Assembly (NCBI RefSeq): GCF_006345805.1
Contig: NC_043001.1
Coordinates: 67,704,001 to 67,768,000, forward strand
Direction: 5' to 3'
DNA length: 64,000 nt
Source: Octopus sinensis
Taxonomy: Eukaryota
Both the position numbers and the translations under genes were made by a program. This document shows positions 50,777 to 64,000 of this stretch, one piece after another; the stretch's first letter is position 1; each line of letters starts with the position of its first letter. The notes below the pieces were generated by a model. That model did no database searches. It was given only the letters and a program-made list of their open reading frames with translations, and was not told the origin of the DNA.

Positions 50777-51420
50777 CAGGATGCAATGGGTAAATTGTCA
50801 CCATTATATATTCTTAATTTCATGCATGCACATTGTTTGTTTTTGATTTTATCAACACAGTGTAGTAGGGTCAGTTGGGCACCATCTGTGAGAAAACAAG
50901 CACCATGACACAATTCACTGCTTGGCATTCAAGCTGGAAACAAACATTTCAGAGTGTTTGGGCATGAATCTGAGGACATGTACTGAGAATGATAAAAATC
51001 AAACATCCAGTCAACATTATGGTGTTTGGAGTGATCACTAGTGATGGCGACATTATGCTGCCATTTATCTTACCACATGGCCTCACACTCAATATGGAAG
51101 TCTACATCGTGCCTGGGTCAAGAGGGTGGCTGCTGGAAGACGCTATGTCTGGCAACAGGACTCTGCACCATGGCACACAAGCATGACAACACAGTCATGG
51201 CTATCGAACAGTGTCTGTGACCACATCACCCCAAACATCTGGTCACCTAACTCTCCAGACTGCAACTTACTTGATTATTATGTGTGAGATGCAGTTAAGC
51301 AAGAGCCCAACAAAACTCCTTGTAACATCAAAGAGGAACTGAAGGCAAGGATTATAACAGCATTCACCAACTTAAAGAGACCATCCAGAAAAGTTGCAGG
51401 AGATTCCAAAGTTGTCTGCT
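50777..51420 (+). mobile_element. Internally deleted Tc1/mariner (maT/DD37D-like) element
   Basis: TA|CAGGATGCAATGGGTAAATTGTC terminus; KHPVNIMVFGVITSDG, YVWQQDSAPWH and IWSPNSPDCNLLDYYV motifs across frameshifts. Confidence 0.8.
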
Positions 51421-51487
51421 TATATCCATTTTTTTTTGCAGGGTTTTCTGAAGCTAGAAAAGTTAATCTCAGTTTGTCTGTTTAATG

Positions 51488-51721
51488 CAGTATTTCTCAA
51501 CCTTTTTTTTTAGCTATGGACCATTTTGATTCCTATCTTACTTGGATGGACCCTGTTAACCATTTGATGTTTAGAAAGTCATATATTTTAATAATTAAAT
51601 ATCATTAGGAATTGTATAAAGAAATTGTTAAAATATTTTGTGCACTACTGAAGTATAAGCAATTTAATGAAAATAAATTTCAACAACAAAATCTTATATA
51701 GATCCTGGTTGAGAAGCACTG
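51488..51721. mobile_element. 234-bp Charlie-type hAT MITE
   Basis: TIRs CAGTATTTCTCAACC and GGTTGAGAAGCACTG; 8-bp TSD GTTTAATG versus GTTTAAAG (7/8). Confidence 0.85.
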
Positions 51722-51807
51722 GTTTAAAGGGAGCAACATTATTGTCTATTGGCACTAAGAAATCAAAGATGTTGGTAAGCATGTGTATGTGCATGTATTT
51801 ATGTATG

Positions 51808-51841
<34 letters not shown>

Positions 51842-52036
51842 TTATCACCAATCAATGTCCACTTTTCCATACTTGCATGGAAAAGCTGAATTTGATGAGG
51901 CAGATTTTATATAGAGAGATGTCCTTCCTATAACCAACCTTCACCTGTTTATGAATAAGGTAATGTTTCCTCATGGCCAGGCATCATTTATAACTATATT
52001 GTAATGACACACACACACACAAATATGTATATATAC

Positions 52037-52418
52037 ACTAGCAGTATCGCCTGGCGTTGCTCGGGTTTGTTTCGACCTGCTGGAATTGGAATTTTTGAAA
52101 AGTAAAAATTTTGCATTATGTAGCTTGTTATTCTCTTCAAGTGAACATTTTTCTGGTTGAAATACACCGAAAAGTGGCGACACAGCAGTGAAAAAATCGT
52201 AAAAAATAGGGATTTTCATAGAAAAAAGCACCTTTTTGATGTAAATAATTTTTGGTGTTAACATGGTCCGATTTGAATTTTATCTTCTACGGAAGGAAGA
52301 GCAACCCTTCTATCATACTCTCAATTTTGGTCAACTTGTGCCGCAGGGTCTCGGAGGAGATAGTGTTAGTTGAAGGTTACCAAACCTGGCGCACACAGAC
52401 AACTTCAGCTTTATATAG
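52037..52418 (+). mobile_element. Non-autonomous Helentron/DINE-1-like element
   Basis: Starts ACTAGCAG..GCCTGGCGTTGCTCGGG (subterminal hairpin); has a CAAACC..CACACAGACA microsatellite-like 3' part; ends CAACTTCAGCTTTATATAG; CpGs retained. Confidence 0.6.
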
Positions 52419-55400
52419 AGAGAGATAACACACACATGAATACACATACATACACACACACATGTATGTATGTATGGATGTATGTATATAAGTACATCTG
52501 ACCACTTCTTGCTATATTTTTATCCTTCACTTCCTACGCGCACACACACACACACACCTTCTTAGCTTACAATTTCTTTCTTTCAACAATTGACAAGTGA
52601 AGTACGCTCGCAAATTAATACTACCAAAACTTAGCAACAGAAAGTAAATTAAAAACCAATTTTAATTTATAAAATATAGAATGGAATGTACTTTGAAAAA
52701 TCATAGGTAAATTCCAATTGAAGAAATTGTGTGAGGAGTAAATCATTATGTATTTATTTGTTTCTGTTTCCTGTGTATTTTTTTTGAGTAGTGGTTGACG
52801 GTACACTTGCAAAGAGAAAGTAGGAGAAAGTGTGGTAATAGAAGGAGTGAAGCAGTTGAAATTAGAGAGGCAAATTGTAAAATATTTAGTTTTCTCGAAT
52901 TTTTGCTTAATTGGGGGTCAAATTGAAAAAACTTTATATACCATGACCCAATGGAATCCACTTCGAAAAATCATAGGTAAATTCCAATTGAAGAAATTCT
53001 ATATTGTACAATTGTATTAAAAACAAACTATGTGAGAGGCAGAGAAAATCTACCTTTTATCATAAGACTTTTATCATAAGAGATTATCATAAGAGATCAT
53101 AAGAGAGATATACATAAGCTTTCAGTTTCTGCCTACAAATCCACTTATGAGACTTTGGTTGGCTCAGGGCTGTAGGAGAACATCCACCCAAGATGCCAAG
53201 CAGTGGGACTGAATCCAAAACCTTATGGTTGGGAAACAAACTTTTAAACCACATATCCATGCTTGCATCTAATAACCCAACAACTAAGTAGAGTCCTACT
53301 GTGGCTGAACAGAAAAGTCTGATATAAAAAATATGTTTTGTGAAGGGGGTTTTACCTTAAACACCAACCTATAATGCCCTATAAAAATGTGAGGCTGGGA
53401 CCAAGGATTGGTAACTGAAGATGATACCTCACATTTGTTGTAAAAATTCTTGATTAGTTCCAGAATATATATGTTTTTCTTTTTATTAGCTAGATCTGAA
53501 AAAGAATTGAGTGCCTTTGCAGGCTCTTCAAAACTGGTGTGAAGAATACCATTAACATTTTGCTTAAAAGAGTTCTATGTTGACACCAGCAGTGAAGTCA
53601 GAGAGCATCAGGTGGAAAGGGCATGAGACTGACTCTGAGAAGCAGAGGCTATTTGTAGAAACAGTAGAAAAAGATAAAGGGAAGAGACAACATGCCAATT
53701 AGTGAAGTGGTCTTCCTCTGGATACACTCTATGATGTGTATAAGTAGCAGCAGCAGCAGTCCCAGACTTGGGAGAAGTATTCCCTTGCAGGTGTCACCTG
53801 AACTTTTTAGCAGGTCATTACTTGTTGCAGAGAGTGGAAGATAAGGTATTTAGTGGCACTGAATGGAAGGACCAGTGTTGACTGAGGCCCATATTTTAGA
53901 ACAATAGCTCTAGTCATGTGTTGTTTATGGAAATATCTGCCAATTCTCTCTTTGTGAGGCATCAAATGCTAAAAATAAACTTAATCAGAATATTAATCTG
54001 GACTATGTAACTTTAAAAGACACTAACCAAACAAGGGAACCTGTATGTGGTTGCTCAGTCTGTTAGAAATAGCAGCTAATTCATATCCTGCCATGGAACA
54101 TTAAATACTCAAAATGTGGTCTGTAAGTGTAAATGGTAAGATATTATGGAATATTTAAAAGCGCATAGAGCTACAAGTGAGAGAAGGCAACTGTTTGTAA
54201 AGTAGAGTTTAGTTTATTTTTCTCTCTCTCTCTTTCTGAGATAGTGGTAGTGTGGGGTGGGGTATAATGTCTCACAACCATGAACAGACACACCCATAGA
54301 CTGCTAGACAGCCGCACCAATAAACAAACACATCTTAGATAAACAGACACACCCCTCAATACAGCCATACAAACAGTCATAAGATATAAACATAAACTAG
54401 AAGCAGAGAGAGAGAGAGAGAGAAACATACACATGGTGGTGGTGATGGTGGTGTACTTTTAACTGAAAGTCCTCGCTATCAGCTGAATAGTACTCAAGTA
54501 CTCAAACTTTTATATCTCCTGTCCACTTTTGCACACTGGTAAAAGAGAAAACCTTATGTCAATGACTGACTGACAGATTTTATTTTATTGCAAGAACAGG
54601 GGAAGGCAGAAGGATCAATAGAGCATAAAAAAAAATAGCCTTATGATCTTTAGTTATGTACTTCTATATCCCGAGTTCAAATCACACCCAGGCTGACTTT
54701 GCTTTTCATTCTTCCAGGTACCAATATCTCTCTGTAATAAGCTCCCTAGGGGACAAACACCAAACTGTAGTATATCTCAAGTAAGGTACAAAGGACATGT
54801 GGTTAGTGTGTTGGGATACAAACCTCATGACCACAAAATTTAATCTTACCTTATCACCCTAGCATCATGTCGTTCTGTAGACAAGACAGTGAAGCTGGCC
54901 TTCCCACCTTCTCCTCAGTTGTATCCTTTATTCTATTGATTTCAGATGATGAAAGAAAGGATAGAACATGCGAAAATATCTTGTAGTAATTCAGTAACAT
55001 CTCTTTATGTTCTGAGCTCAATTCTCGTACAGGTCCATTCTGTCTTTCTGACTTTTGACGTCGTTGAAATAGGAATCAGACTAATGAAAATAACTGACTG
55101 TCCTCTACAAGGTGGTGCCCCGCCCAGCATGGCCACAGTACACTAATTGAAACCAGCAGAAAAAAAAAATCCAAGGAGGAAGAAAACCTAAGTCAATCTG
55201 ACGTCCATTTGAACTCCGAAGAGTGAGGTAGGTACCAAAGTAGTTAGATTAAAGTACATAATCCCAGTACTCCATTCTTCTTACCAAGTCTATTCTGTGG
55301 CCAGACAAAAATCATTAATTGAAAGTGAGTCAGTAAGAACTCAACCAATGATTTCTATTCCTTACATCAGCTCCTAGTCCCTTTCTCACACATACATACT

Positions 55401-55974
55401 ATCTCTAGTCTTCTGTTTACTCAGTAAAGGGGGAAAATTCATAAAAAAATTTTTAATGATTTCTAACTTTGATACAAAGCCAGAATTTTTTGAGGGAGAG
55501 TACATACAATCAATTAGACTGATCCCAGTACATAACTGGTACTTCATCAACCCTGGCAGGGTTTGAACTGAGACTGTACAGAGCTGTAACTAAATACTAC
55601 ACGGCAATTATAAACTGGCATAATACTGATTCTTGCCACCGAGCTGTAATATCATTCCCTCTATTAACAAATACTTCTGCCTCCATAACAGAAATGGCAT
55701 CTAGAGATATATATCTTGATGTATTCATATGTATGGAATGGCATAAATAAGACTTTCTATATGATATAGTAGTGGTGGTTATGTTAGCTAATAACATTTC
55801 AATTAAATATAACGACTTTGAATTTAAAAGAGTTTAATTTCTAAAGTTAGACTAATAATGATACTTCACTTAAAGAAGACAAATGTTTGGTCACAAGTGA
55901 ACATGAAATATAATACCTGAATCCAGATTCCCAAATCTCTCCTACAATCTAAGAACGTCCAGTGAATATATAAT

Positions 55975-56330
55975 AATTTTTTTTACTTGTTTCAATCGTT
56001 AGGCTGCAGCCATACTGGAGCACTGTCTTGAGAAATTTTAGTTGAACTAATCAACCCAGTATCTATTTTCTTTTTAAGCTTGGTACTTATTCTATCAGTT
56101 TCTTTTACTGAACTGCTAAGTTACAAGGAAGCAAACACACCAATACTGGCTGTCAAGCAGTGATAGGGGGCAAACACACACACATTGGGTTTCTTTCAGT
56201 TTCCGTCTATCAAATCAACTCACAAGGCTTTGGTTGGCTCGAGGCTATAAGAGAAGAAATTTGCCCAAGGTGCAACACAATGGGAGTGAATCTGGAACTG
56301 TGTGGTCTGGAAGACTTCTTATCACACATG
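55975..56330 (-). mobile_element. Decayed copy of the microsatellite SINE
   Basis: Collinear with 16607-16992; further partial copies near 34205-34590, 38390-38630, 53110-53270, 58170-58350 and 59860-60030. Confidence 0.75.
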
Positions 56331-59300
56331 TATGGGGAACAGCTATTTTTATGCAGGTTTCATTGAATACGTGTCTATATAGAATTTCTTTCTCTATTGC
56401 ATGCAAACACAAACACAGTGTTTATCTTGTTTCCTTGTCTTGACATTGTGTGATAGTTGTAAACAGGTATCATCGTCATTCAAGCAGTGTCTAATATTCT
56501 GAAAAACATGCTTGATCATGGGGAATAGTAATTTATTTGTAAACAGGGTAAGAGTTGGCAACAGGAAGGGCCATCTGGCTGTAGAAAAGCATGATTCAAT
56601 GAGTTCTGTCTGAGCCTTGCAAACATAGAAAAGTGGACATTAAAACAACAACAATGCACACACAGACATATATACACAGTGAAGCGCAATAATATAATTT
56701 TAATTAGAAATACACAATCAGCAGAGTTGGTTATTACACTAATGAAGACTTAAATAAGAGATATCACATATGAAACTACGCCTATCTCTATCATCATCAT
56801 CAGTACCAATATCATCTCCACCACTACTATTATCAACAGTATGATTATCATAACCACCATCATTATCATCATCATCTCCAGTACCATCACCACCTGGAAT
56901 ATCCGCACTATTCCAAATGCTTGTTTCCTGTAAGCTGACATGATTAGAAGAGATAAATACAACCAAATGGTTGGCTGGTTGATAGCAGAATGACTGGTTA
57001 TCATCTCTTTTCACTTAATGCAAAGTATCTTTTAAGTACATCAACCTGGTAGCTCCACACAGAGGATTCAACATTTTATTTAAAGAGTTCTTACATCAGT
57101 CACTTTACTAAACATGTGAGACAAATATATCAAACCTGCACACGCACACACACACAAATGTTACATCATAGATCACATTAATCCATTAAATTAATTCAGA
57201 GTAGAGTTTTGCTAATGAATCAATTCTGCCAGAGACACACATACACATACACACACAGAAATGAATGGATTTGGCAGACAAAAACTGAAAGAGGCTCATA
57301 TAATAATATACTCCTCTAACCCATGCAAGTATAGAAAAAAAACCAAACACATAATGTGTGTATGTGAGTATGATTTTTAAAAAATGTTCACAACATTAAA
57401 CATTTGAACATATAAAATCTAGAAAATTATTGGAAAAAAAAAATTTAAACTCTGAATTAGAACTTGAGGTAGATTTTTGTATTTTGTGCAGCTGTTTTAC
57501 ATCTAAGCTTTTACATAGTATTTTATGCTTTCCCATCACAATTCAATGAAGCTACTTAAACCTACATAGTCACCTGATTGAAATGGAAGCCAAGCCTCCC
57601 TGTGAAATCACATAATTCTTTTCATTTTTGTAAATCTTTTGTTTATAGTTTAGTGAGAGAAGAGGTAGAAGCTATCCTCAGATAGCAAACTTGCTCTGAA
57701 TACTTATAATTGAGTGAATTCTGCTAAAGATTGGCAGGGGACATGAGGTGTGTTAAATTGGGTGACAGATAAAACATACTAGTCCAAAATAAGAAGTCAC
57801 TCAGACAGGCTTCAATACAGTTGATGTCCATCACCTTTCATTCACAAGGTACTTCCCTAAGGTATCATGCAGGAGAATGAATTCAGAAATAGCACAGTAA
57901 ACTTTCCCTGCACACTGTCATCGTCATTTTTAACATCCACTTTTGCATGCTTGCTGGGCTGGACAGATTTTGTTGTGGCAGATATTCTATGGCCAAATAC
58001 CTTTCCTGTAATTAACTCTCACTTGTGTCCAAGTAAAGTAATATTTCCCCATGATGAGACATGTTTTCACAAAATATTGCGTATGAAGGATCCCACTTAC
58101 ATAATGGTAACACTCATTTATGACTATCACACAGTGTCATGACAAACAGTATCGTACACTCATACACATATACATAAATATAAAATGGGTTTCCTTCAGT
58201 TTTAATTTTCCAAATTCACGCACAAGGCTTTGGTTGGCCTGTAGCTATAGTAGAAGTGACTTGCCCAAGGTGCCATGCAGCATGTGTGAGCTCAGAACAA
58301 CGTGGCTGAGAAGCAAACTTCTTACTTCACAGCCACACCAGCATGTCTGTGTATTTTAAATAAGAAAGGACAGATTGAATAATGAAGTTCAAATACACTA
58401 CAAAAGGGGGGAAAAAAAAATTCAAAACTGGAATGGCTTTGATTATAGGGGTCTGCTAGACCAAACAACAATAACTCTGACATCAAGAACTCAGAAACCC
58501 CAACAACAATAATTTGGCATTTAAAAGCCCACAATTATGCAATTGCTTTCAAAAATGTTGTTTATGAATCTTTACTAAAATTCTGGTGAGATTCTATCTA
58601 GTACACCAACCATCAGCCAACTGTAACAGGCTACAAGCAAAATAGGGTAGTCTCCGTCAACTTGTTGATTTAATTAATTAGAGCTGCCTCCCCCAGCAAA
58701 TGCCTGCATATTCACACATATTCAGCTTTGAATGTATTGCTCTAGCATGGAGTTAACTAAAGACCATTTGCATGATGGGATTGGTTTTATTGCAACAAAA
58801 TTATGAACAGTTTGATATCCTCTCCACTGCTAAGCATGGTGTGTAGTGTAAATAGAATAGTTGTTATTCTACAGTAATAGCAGTAGCAGCAGTGTTTAAA
58901 ACCATGTTTATACAGTCAACTGTGTTTGCACCCTAACCACCACAGCTAACTGCTGCTAATACCACAACCATCTTTGTTCCCATGCTGCCACTGGTCTGGC
59001 AGATCACTGAATACACATTATCAGAAACTATTAACCAACTTTTGTATTGTATAAGTTTTTTATGTGTGAAATGGGTGTGTTCTGTACCAGTGGCATAAGG
59101 CAGTAGGGGTAACAAAGACTAAAAACTGTTTCTATCCCCCTCCTAAAAGAAGTAACCTTCAATAAGGTTTGTGAGATTCACATCTCACTTGTATATTCCA
59201 TTACTAGTACATTTTCTACAGCTGGATGTCCTTCCTCACATCAACCATTTTAGAGTGCATTTTATTGTGGCACCATGATAAAATGTTGATGGAAGAAATA

Positions 59301-60486
59301 CTAGAGAGATTATCCAATGTAAGTAACACTAGACAGCACCCTCTACTTTGTATTAGTTCTTATTTAAAGTTTCTATCTTTTCAGAATAGACTGTGCTACC
59401 CATCATGGTCCTTCATCTTACTACATTTTACACTGTTGTCCTTTGTTTTGTCATACCTCCCAGCCTGGTCCCATGCCACCTAGTGACAGTCCTTTGCCTC
59501 ACCACACATTCAACAAGTATCGAACATTACAAGGAAAGTGCTGTAAAAAGAAAAAAATTCCAGCATAAAAGAATTAAAATCAAGATATTACTAGGAAACA
59601 GGATCTATATATCACCTGTGACCATCATGTTTTCTTATTCAATTATAATGATCTAGAAACACATTATCCAATGTATACTTCCTTTTTGTAAGGCTGTAGT
59701 GAGTGATTTAAGAAAAATTTGGTAGTTGTTTCTAGCCGGTTGAGGCCTTCTCATTGATCTGGCAAATATAGTGCGATTTATAGGTAATATTTCACTAAAT
59801 ATTCATTAATGTTAACAAGATTATAAATTATAATTTGTATTTCTACAATAACTGTAATTTCATTCAGTATAAAACATAGTTATGATTGTGGTTAAGAAAC
59901 TTACTTCTGAACTACATGGTTTTGGGTTCAGTTTCACTGCATGGCACCCTAGGCAAGTGTCTTCTACTATAACTTTGGTAGACAGGAACTGAAATAAGCC
60001 TGTTGTGTATTGATGTGTGTGTTTGTGTTTCCTTGAACTGACATTGTGTAAAAGTTGTAAATGAGTGTCATTGTTATCCAAGAAGTATCATCCATTTTCC
60101 AATATTCTGTGAAAACATTTGGGTATGGAAAAAAATTTACCTTACTTGGAAACAGGTGAGGGTTGGTGACAGGAAGGGCATCCAGTTGTAGAAAAGTTGC
60201 CTCAATAAACCTTATTTGACTCATGCAAATATGGAAAAGTAAATGCTATGATGATGATAAGACTGTATAAATACGAGAGAGAAAACTGAAATACTTATTA
60301 TTAAAGTTATCTAATAAATAAAACAACCTTTTAAACCAGGTAACTAATTGTTTTGGTTTATGTATTTTAATTAATTTTGAAAATAATCAAGAATTTGATA
60401 GAGTAAAATAACTTTATTAAGCTGCTGTTTCGATCAGAAAATTATAAGTCATTTCCTTTTAAATTTTAGTTTGTTTTTGATTATAT

Positions 60487-60870
60487 AGGCACAGGCATAG
60501 CCGCATGATAAGAAACTTGATAAGAAGCTTCCCAACCACATGGTTCTGAGTTCAGTCCCACTGCATGGAACCTTGGGCAAGTGTCTTCTACTTTAGCCTT
60601 GGGCTGACCAAAGCCCTGTGAGTGGACTTGGAAGATGGAAACTGAAAGAAGCTGTCATGTGTGTGTATCTTTTTGTCTGTCTCTCACTACCAATTGACAA
60701 CCATGTTGGTGTTTACATCCCTGTAACTCAGTGGTTTGGCAAAAGTGACTAATAGAATAAGTACCGGCCTTAACAAAAATTAAGTACTGGGGCTGATTCA
60801 TTGGACTAAAAATTCTTCAAGGCAGTGCCCTATCCTGGCTGCAGTCTAATGACTGAAACAAGTAAAAAAT
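60487..60870 (+). mobile_element. Full-length microsatellite SINE
   Basis: GGCACAGGCATAGC..GTTCAGTCCCACTG..CTTGGGCAAGTGTCTT..GATGGAAACTGAAAGAAG..GACTGAAACAAGTAAAA. Confidence 0.85.
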
Positions 60871-61899
60871 GTAGGATAACAGATTTTGTATAATGGAACC
60901 CAGAGTAGGGTGTTATCAAAAGCGTTAACCCTTTTCACACCTGCTTATTCATGATTGCCCTAAATGTATGATACAAAATTTGCATTTTAAAATTATCTAA
61001 GTTAAAACTTTCCATCAAAATTTCCTGTTAATCTGTGTTCCAAACACCAGTTTATAACATCATTTTGGCATGGGCTGGACAGGTTACTTGGTGCATGGCC
61101 ATTGTTGTGGTCCATAGTCATGCAACACACTTAACAACAGACAAGCCAAATGTGACATGTATATCCTATCATAGATATATAGTTGGAGTTAGGATTGACT
61201 TTAAATCCTGGATTAATGTTAATAAAAGACAAAGGTGATTAGTAGTTTTATTGCAGAATCATAGAATTAAGGGGGAGCAGATGGTAGACAGAGAAACAAA
61301 GAAAATAGAAAGATAGAAAAGACTGAAAGAGAAAGAGAGGAATTAAGTGAGGGAAGGAAGGAGGGGGGAGAGAGAGAGAAAAGAGGTTGAGTATAAGTTA
61401 GCAAAGATGGTTTATTTTTAGTTGTTTAGTATCTATAATAGGAAATGACTAGTGAGTTGACAGTCTTATGACAATACTTAATGTCTTCTACTTGACACAC
61501 TACAAACCAATTGGGGAGTCTCTATATGGACACTTGATATGCAAGAAATAACAGCTAAGATAGCTCTCAAATCAAAACCTACTGTTTTAAGAGGAATATA
61601 TATAGTCTGAGATAAACTATGTATGAAAAAAATGAGATGGCCATGGCTAGAGTGCCTTTAATTGTCTGGTAGACAAACATAACACTTCAATGCTGACACA
61701 CACACACACCAGAATAAAATATTGTTATTGAGAAATGAGAGACAAAGAGAAGGGACAGGATTCTTTCACTCACATTATTTGATGCTATTGGGAAAGGAAT
61801 GAAGGTAAAAACGACCTCATTTATATACAGAAACTAGCAGGGAACTTTCGTAACATCTTTCTATAGATTGCAGAATACGAGTTACGTAGTTTAGTAGTA

Positions 61900-62120
61900 A
61901 CATGTACCCCAGGGCACCAGTATCTAAGTAGTGTCATTGATTACATGTATATGAAACCAGGGGTACCAGCAGCTACTTACAATGGAATTGATCACATCTA
62001 TATGAGCCCAGGGTACTACTAGCTATGTAGGGTGTCACCGATCACATCTATATGTACCTACGGCACTTAGTAGTTATGTAGGGTGTCATCGATCACATCT
62101 TATGTACCACAGGGTACTAT
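61900..62120. repeat. ~52-bp minisatellite, ~4 diverged copies
   Basis: The unit GATCACATCTATATGTACC..GGTACT..TATGTAGGGTGTCA recurs near 61938, 61990, 62040 and 62091. Confidence 0.75.
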
Positions 62121-62581
62121 GCCGAATAATCTGGTCTTAAATTACATCGTGGTAGAGTCATAAAGACCATTACAAATACATTTTGTTATATTAAAGTGTA
62201 TTTAATTATTAATCATGGTGGTGCCCCAGCATGGTCACAAGAGGCTAATATCCGAAATGGATTAAGTATCATGGTATTTAATAGCATATCTCCATTATAC
62301 ACTTCAACAACAAATATATACAGACTCCTACAAAGTGTAGGATTTAGAGTATTTATTCGTTTGCGAGTTGTACAATATACACAACTATATACACTATTAA
62401 CGAACGCCAACATATACAGACGCCTAGTTTTCGCCCCCCCACACCACATACAAATATATAAACACATTCCACACACATACAACCCACCAACGAATATATT
62501 CACAGATTCCAACACTTTACGCAGATATATACACACTTCATACACACACACTCGCTAACGACTATATATTAAGGACACAGG

Positions 62582-62629
<48 letters not shown>

Positions 62630-63332
62630 TATATATATACATATACGCACACACACTGATATTCTACTCCAACACACACAAACACCGAACTCCCACACAT
62701 GTTCATCTGTGTTACTGTCAAGATCAAAGGTCAGCCTTGAACGAGCTGAATGGTTAAAGACGTTCCAGCCGTAACTCACCAGTCTATATACTTCAGTGTA
62801 CAATATATCTATACTACAGCATTAAATGTGCCCCACCTAATTTCGCGTATATTGGGTGCATTTTAATAACAATAACCTTTTGTTTATATTATCAGAGATG
62901 ATAAGAGGTTTCGAAAGTGCACAAATACACATATATCCAGTGGTCTTTATAGACACATTGGAGATACTGTTCTGCTATTTGCTGTTATGTATTTAATAAT
63001 ACGTACTTGCTTAACTTTAGACAGGTCAAACCTTTTTTTTTACTGGAGAATATTGTTTATTTCTTGTTCAGTTGTGATCGAGTTGATCAATGGCCAGAGG
63101 CTTTCCAGCTGTGACCTTCCCTTCTTATTTAAAGACAGAGCGAAGTGTATGACTAGGACTACATTATACAATTCGTCCTTTTTAAGACAGCAGCATGTTG
63201 TTTGTGAGAAAACTGATTGCTCTTCCAAGCATATCCAGTAACCATGTAGAGGTTCCCTCGATAGCTGGACATGTGCGCGAGTAAAGAACGTTAAAAACAA
63301 CAATGAGTGCCTCGTTCCCATTTATTTAGCTA

Positions 63333-63369
<37 letters not shown>

Positions 63370-63614
63370 ACATACAAAGAAACTACAATAACGCCAAAGA
63401 GGGAAACTCCACAAGGTCGACCAATTTGCAAGAAATATCAGCCAAATCACATACTACCATTTTAAAGATCAGACCCGACAATGTAGTCCTAGATAAAAAA
63501 AAAAAGTGACTCCCTTCAATATATACATGGACCACCCTAACACTGACTCCACCCGAATGAAAGAAAGTGAGAGAGAAAGAGAGGATTGAGTGTGTATAGA
63601 GAAGCCGCAAAAAG

Positions 63615-63644
63615 TGACATCATGCCATAACAACCATGACGTCA
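63615..63644. promoter_or_regulatory. Candidate CRE pair in the CpG-richer 5' region of SIK
   Basis: TGACATCA at 63615-63622 and a perfect palindromic TGACGTCA at 63637-63644. Confidence 0.45.
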
Positions 63645-64000
63645 TCGTTGTGTCCTACGTATACATACACACACACATGCATATATTTATACAAATCAAC
63701 ACACGCACACACGTGTGTGTGTGAAACAACCCTGCTCGAACCCTCGAAAAATGTGTTTAAAGCTGTATCATTTCCGTCGACATAAAGCAAATCTAGCACG
63801 TGAACCTCTTGTCAAAACTTCTCGCTTATGAGCTCCCTACCCCATCATCTCTTGGATCAGGGACTTACTCGTGATGTATGTTAATCTCTCTCTCTCTCTC
63901 TCTTTGATCTACGTACTATATCGACTCTAAAGCGCCCTACGTTTAGTCGTGTCCCCCATAATTTTCCTCCTATACATCGACGACCTACTTGTCTATTCAA

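Noticed and set aside
62130-62175. GGTCT..AGACC-flanked hairpin as a second hammerhead
   Set aside because: The CUGANGA and GAAA core nucleotides are absent on both strands.
62780-62900. Minus-strand GTGAGT donor at 62779 as the end of SIK coding exon 1
   Set aside because: There is no in-frame ATG (stop upstream) and no GxGxxG/RHRITK-type sequence. At most it is a non-coding or cryptic exon.

Overview
AT-rich, microsatellite- and SINE-dense animal DNA. The repeat families look octopus/coleoid-like; the species is an inference. One protein-coding gene is present: a salt-inducible kinase (SIK1/2-type, AMPK-related) on the minus strand. Eight coding exons were resolved with GT-AG boundaries and consistent phase (48406-48290, 43386-43323, 40763-40648, 33489-33444, 31784-31660, 31406-31283, 30395-30175, 28490-26169; 3135 nt). 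The first coding exon (glycine-rich loop) was not found and probably lies beyond 64000. The rest is mostly transposon debris: hAT/Charlie, Chapaev-like, Tc1/mariner, RTE and R4-like LINEs, Penelope-like, Helentron-like elements and SINEs. Four things stand out. (1) A 2.9-kb foldback element (7146-10044) with about 1.3-kb inverted arms, a perfect 9-bp TSD, and the same LINE 3' fragment mirrored in both arms. (2) About 375 bp downstream, a full-span 7SL/SRP RNA-like gene (10420-10686) with a shortened helix 6 and altered helix 8. (3) A minimal hammerhead ribozyme on the sense strand of a SIK intron, inside a Penelope-like inverted repeat. (4) A 222-bp near-perfect palindrome in the last SIK intron. 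All alignments and folds were done by eye; no searches were run.
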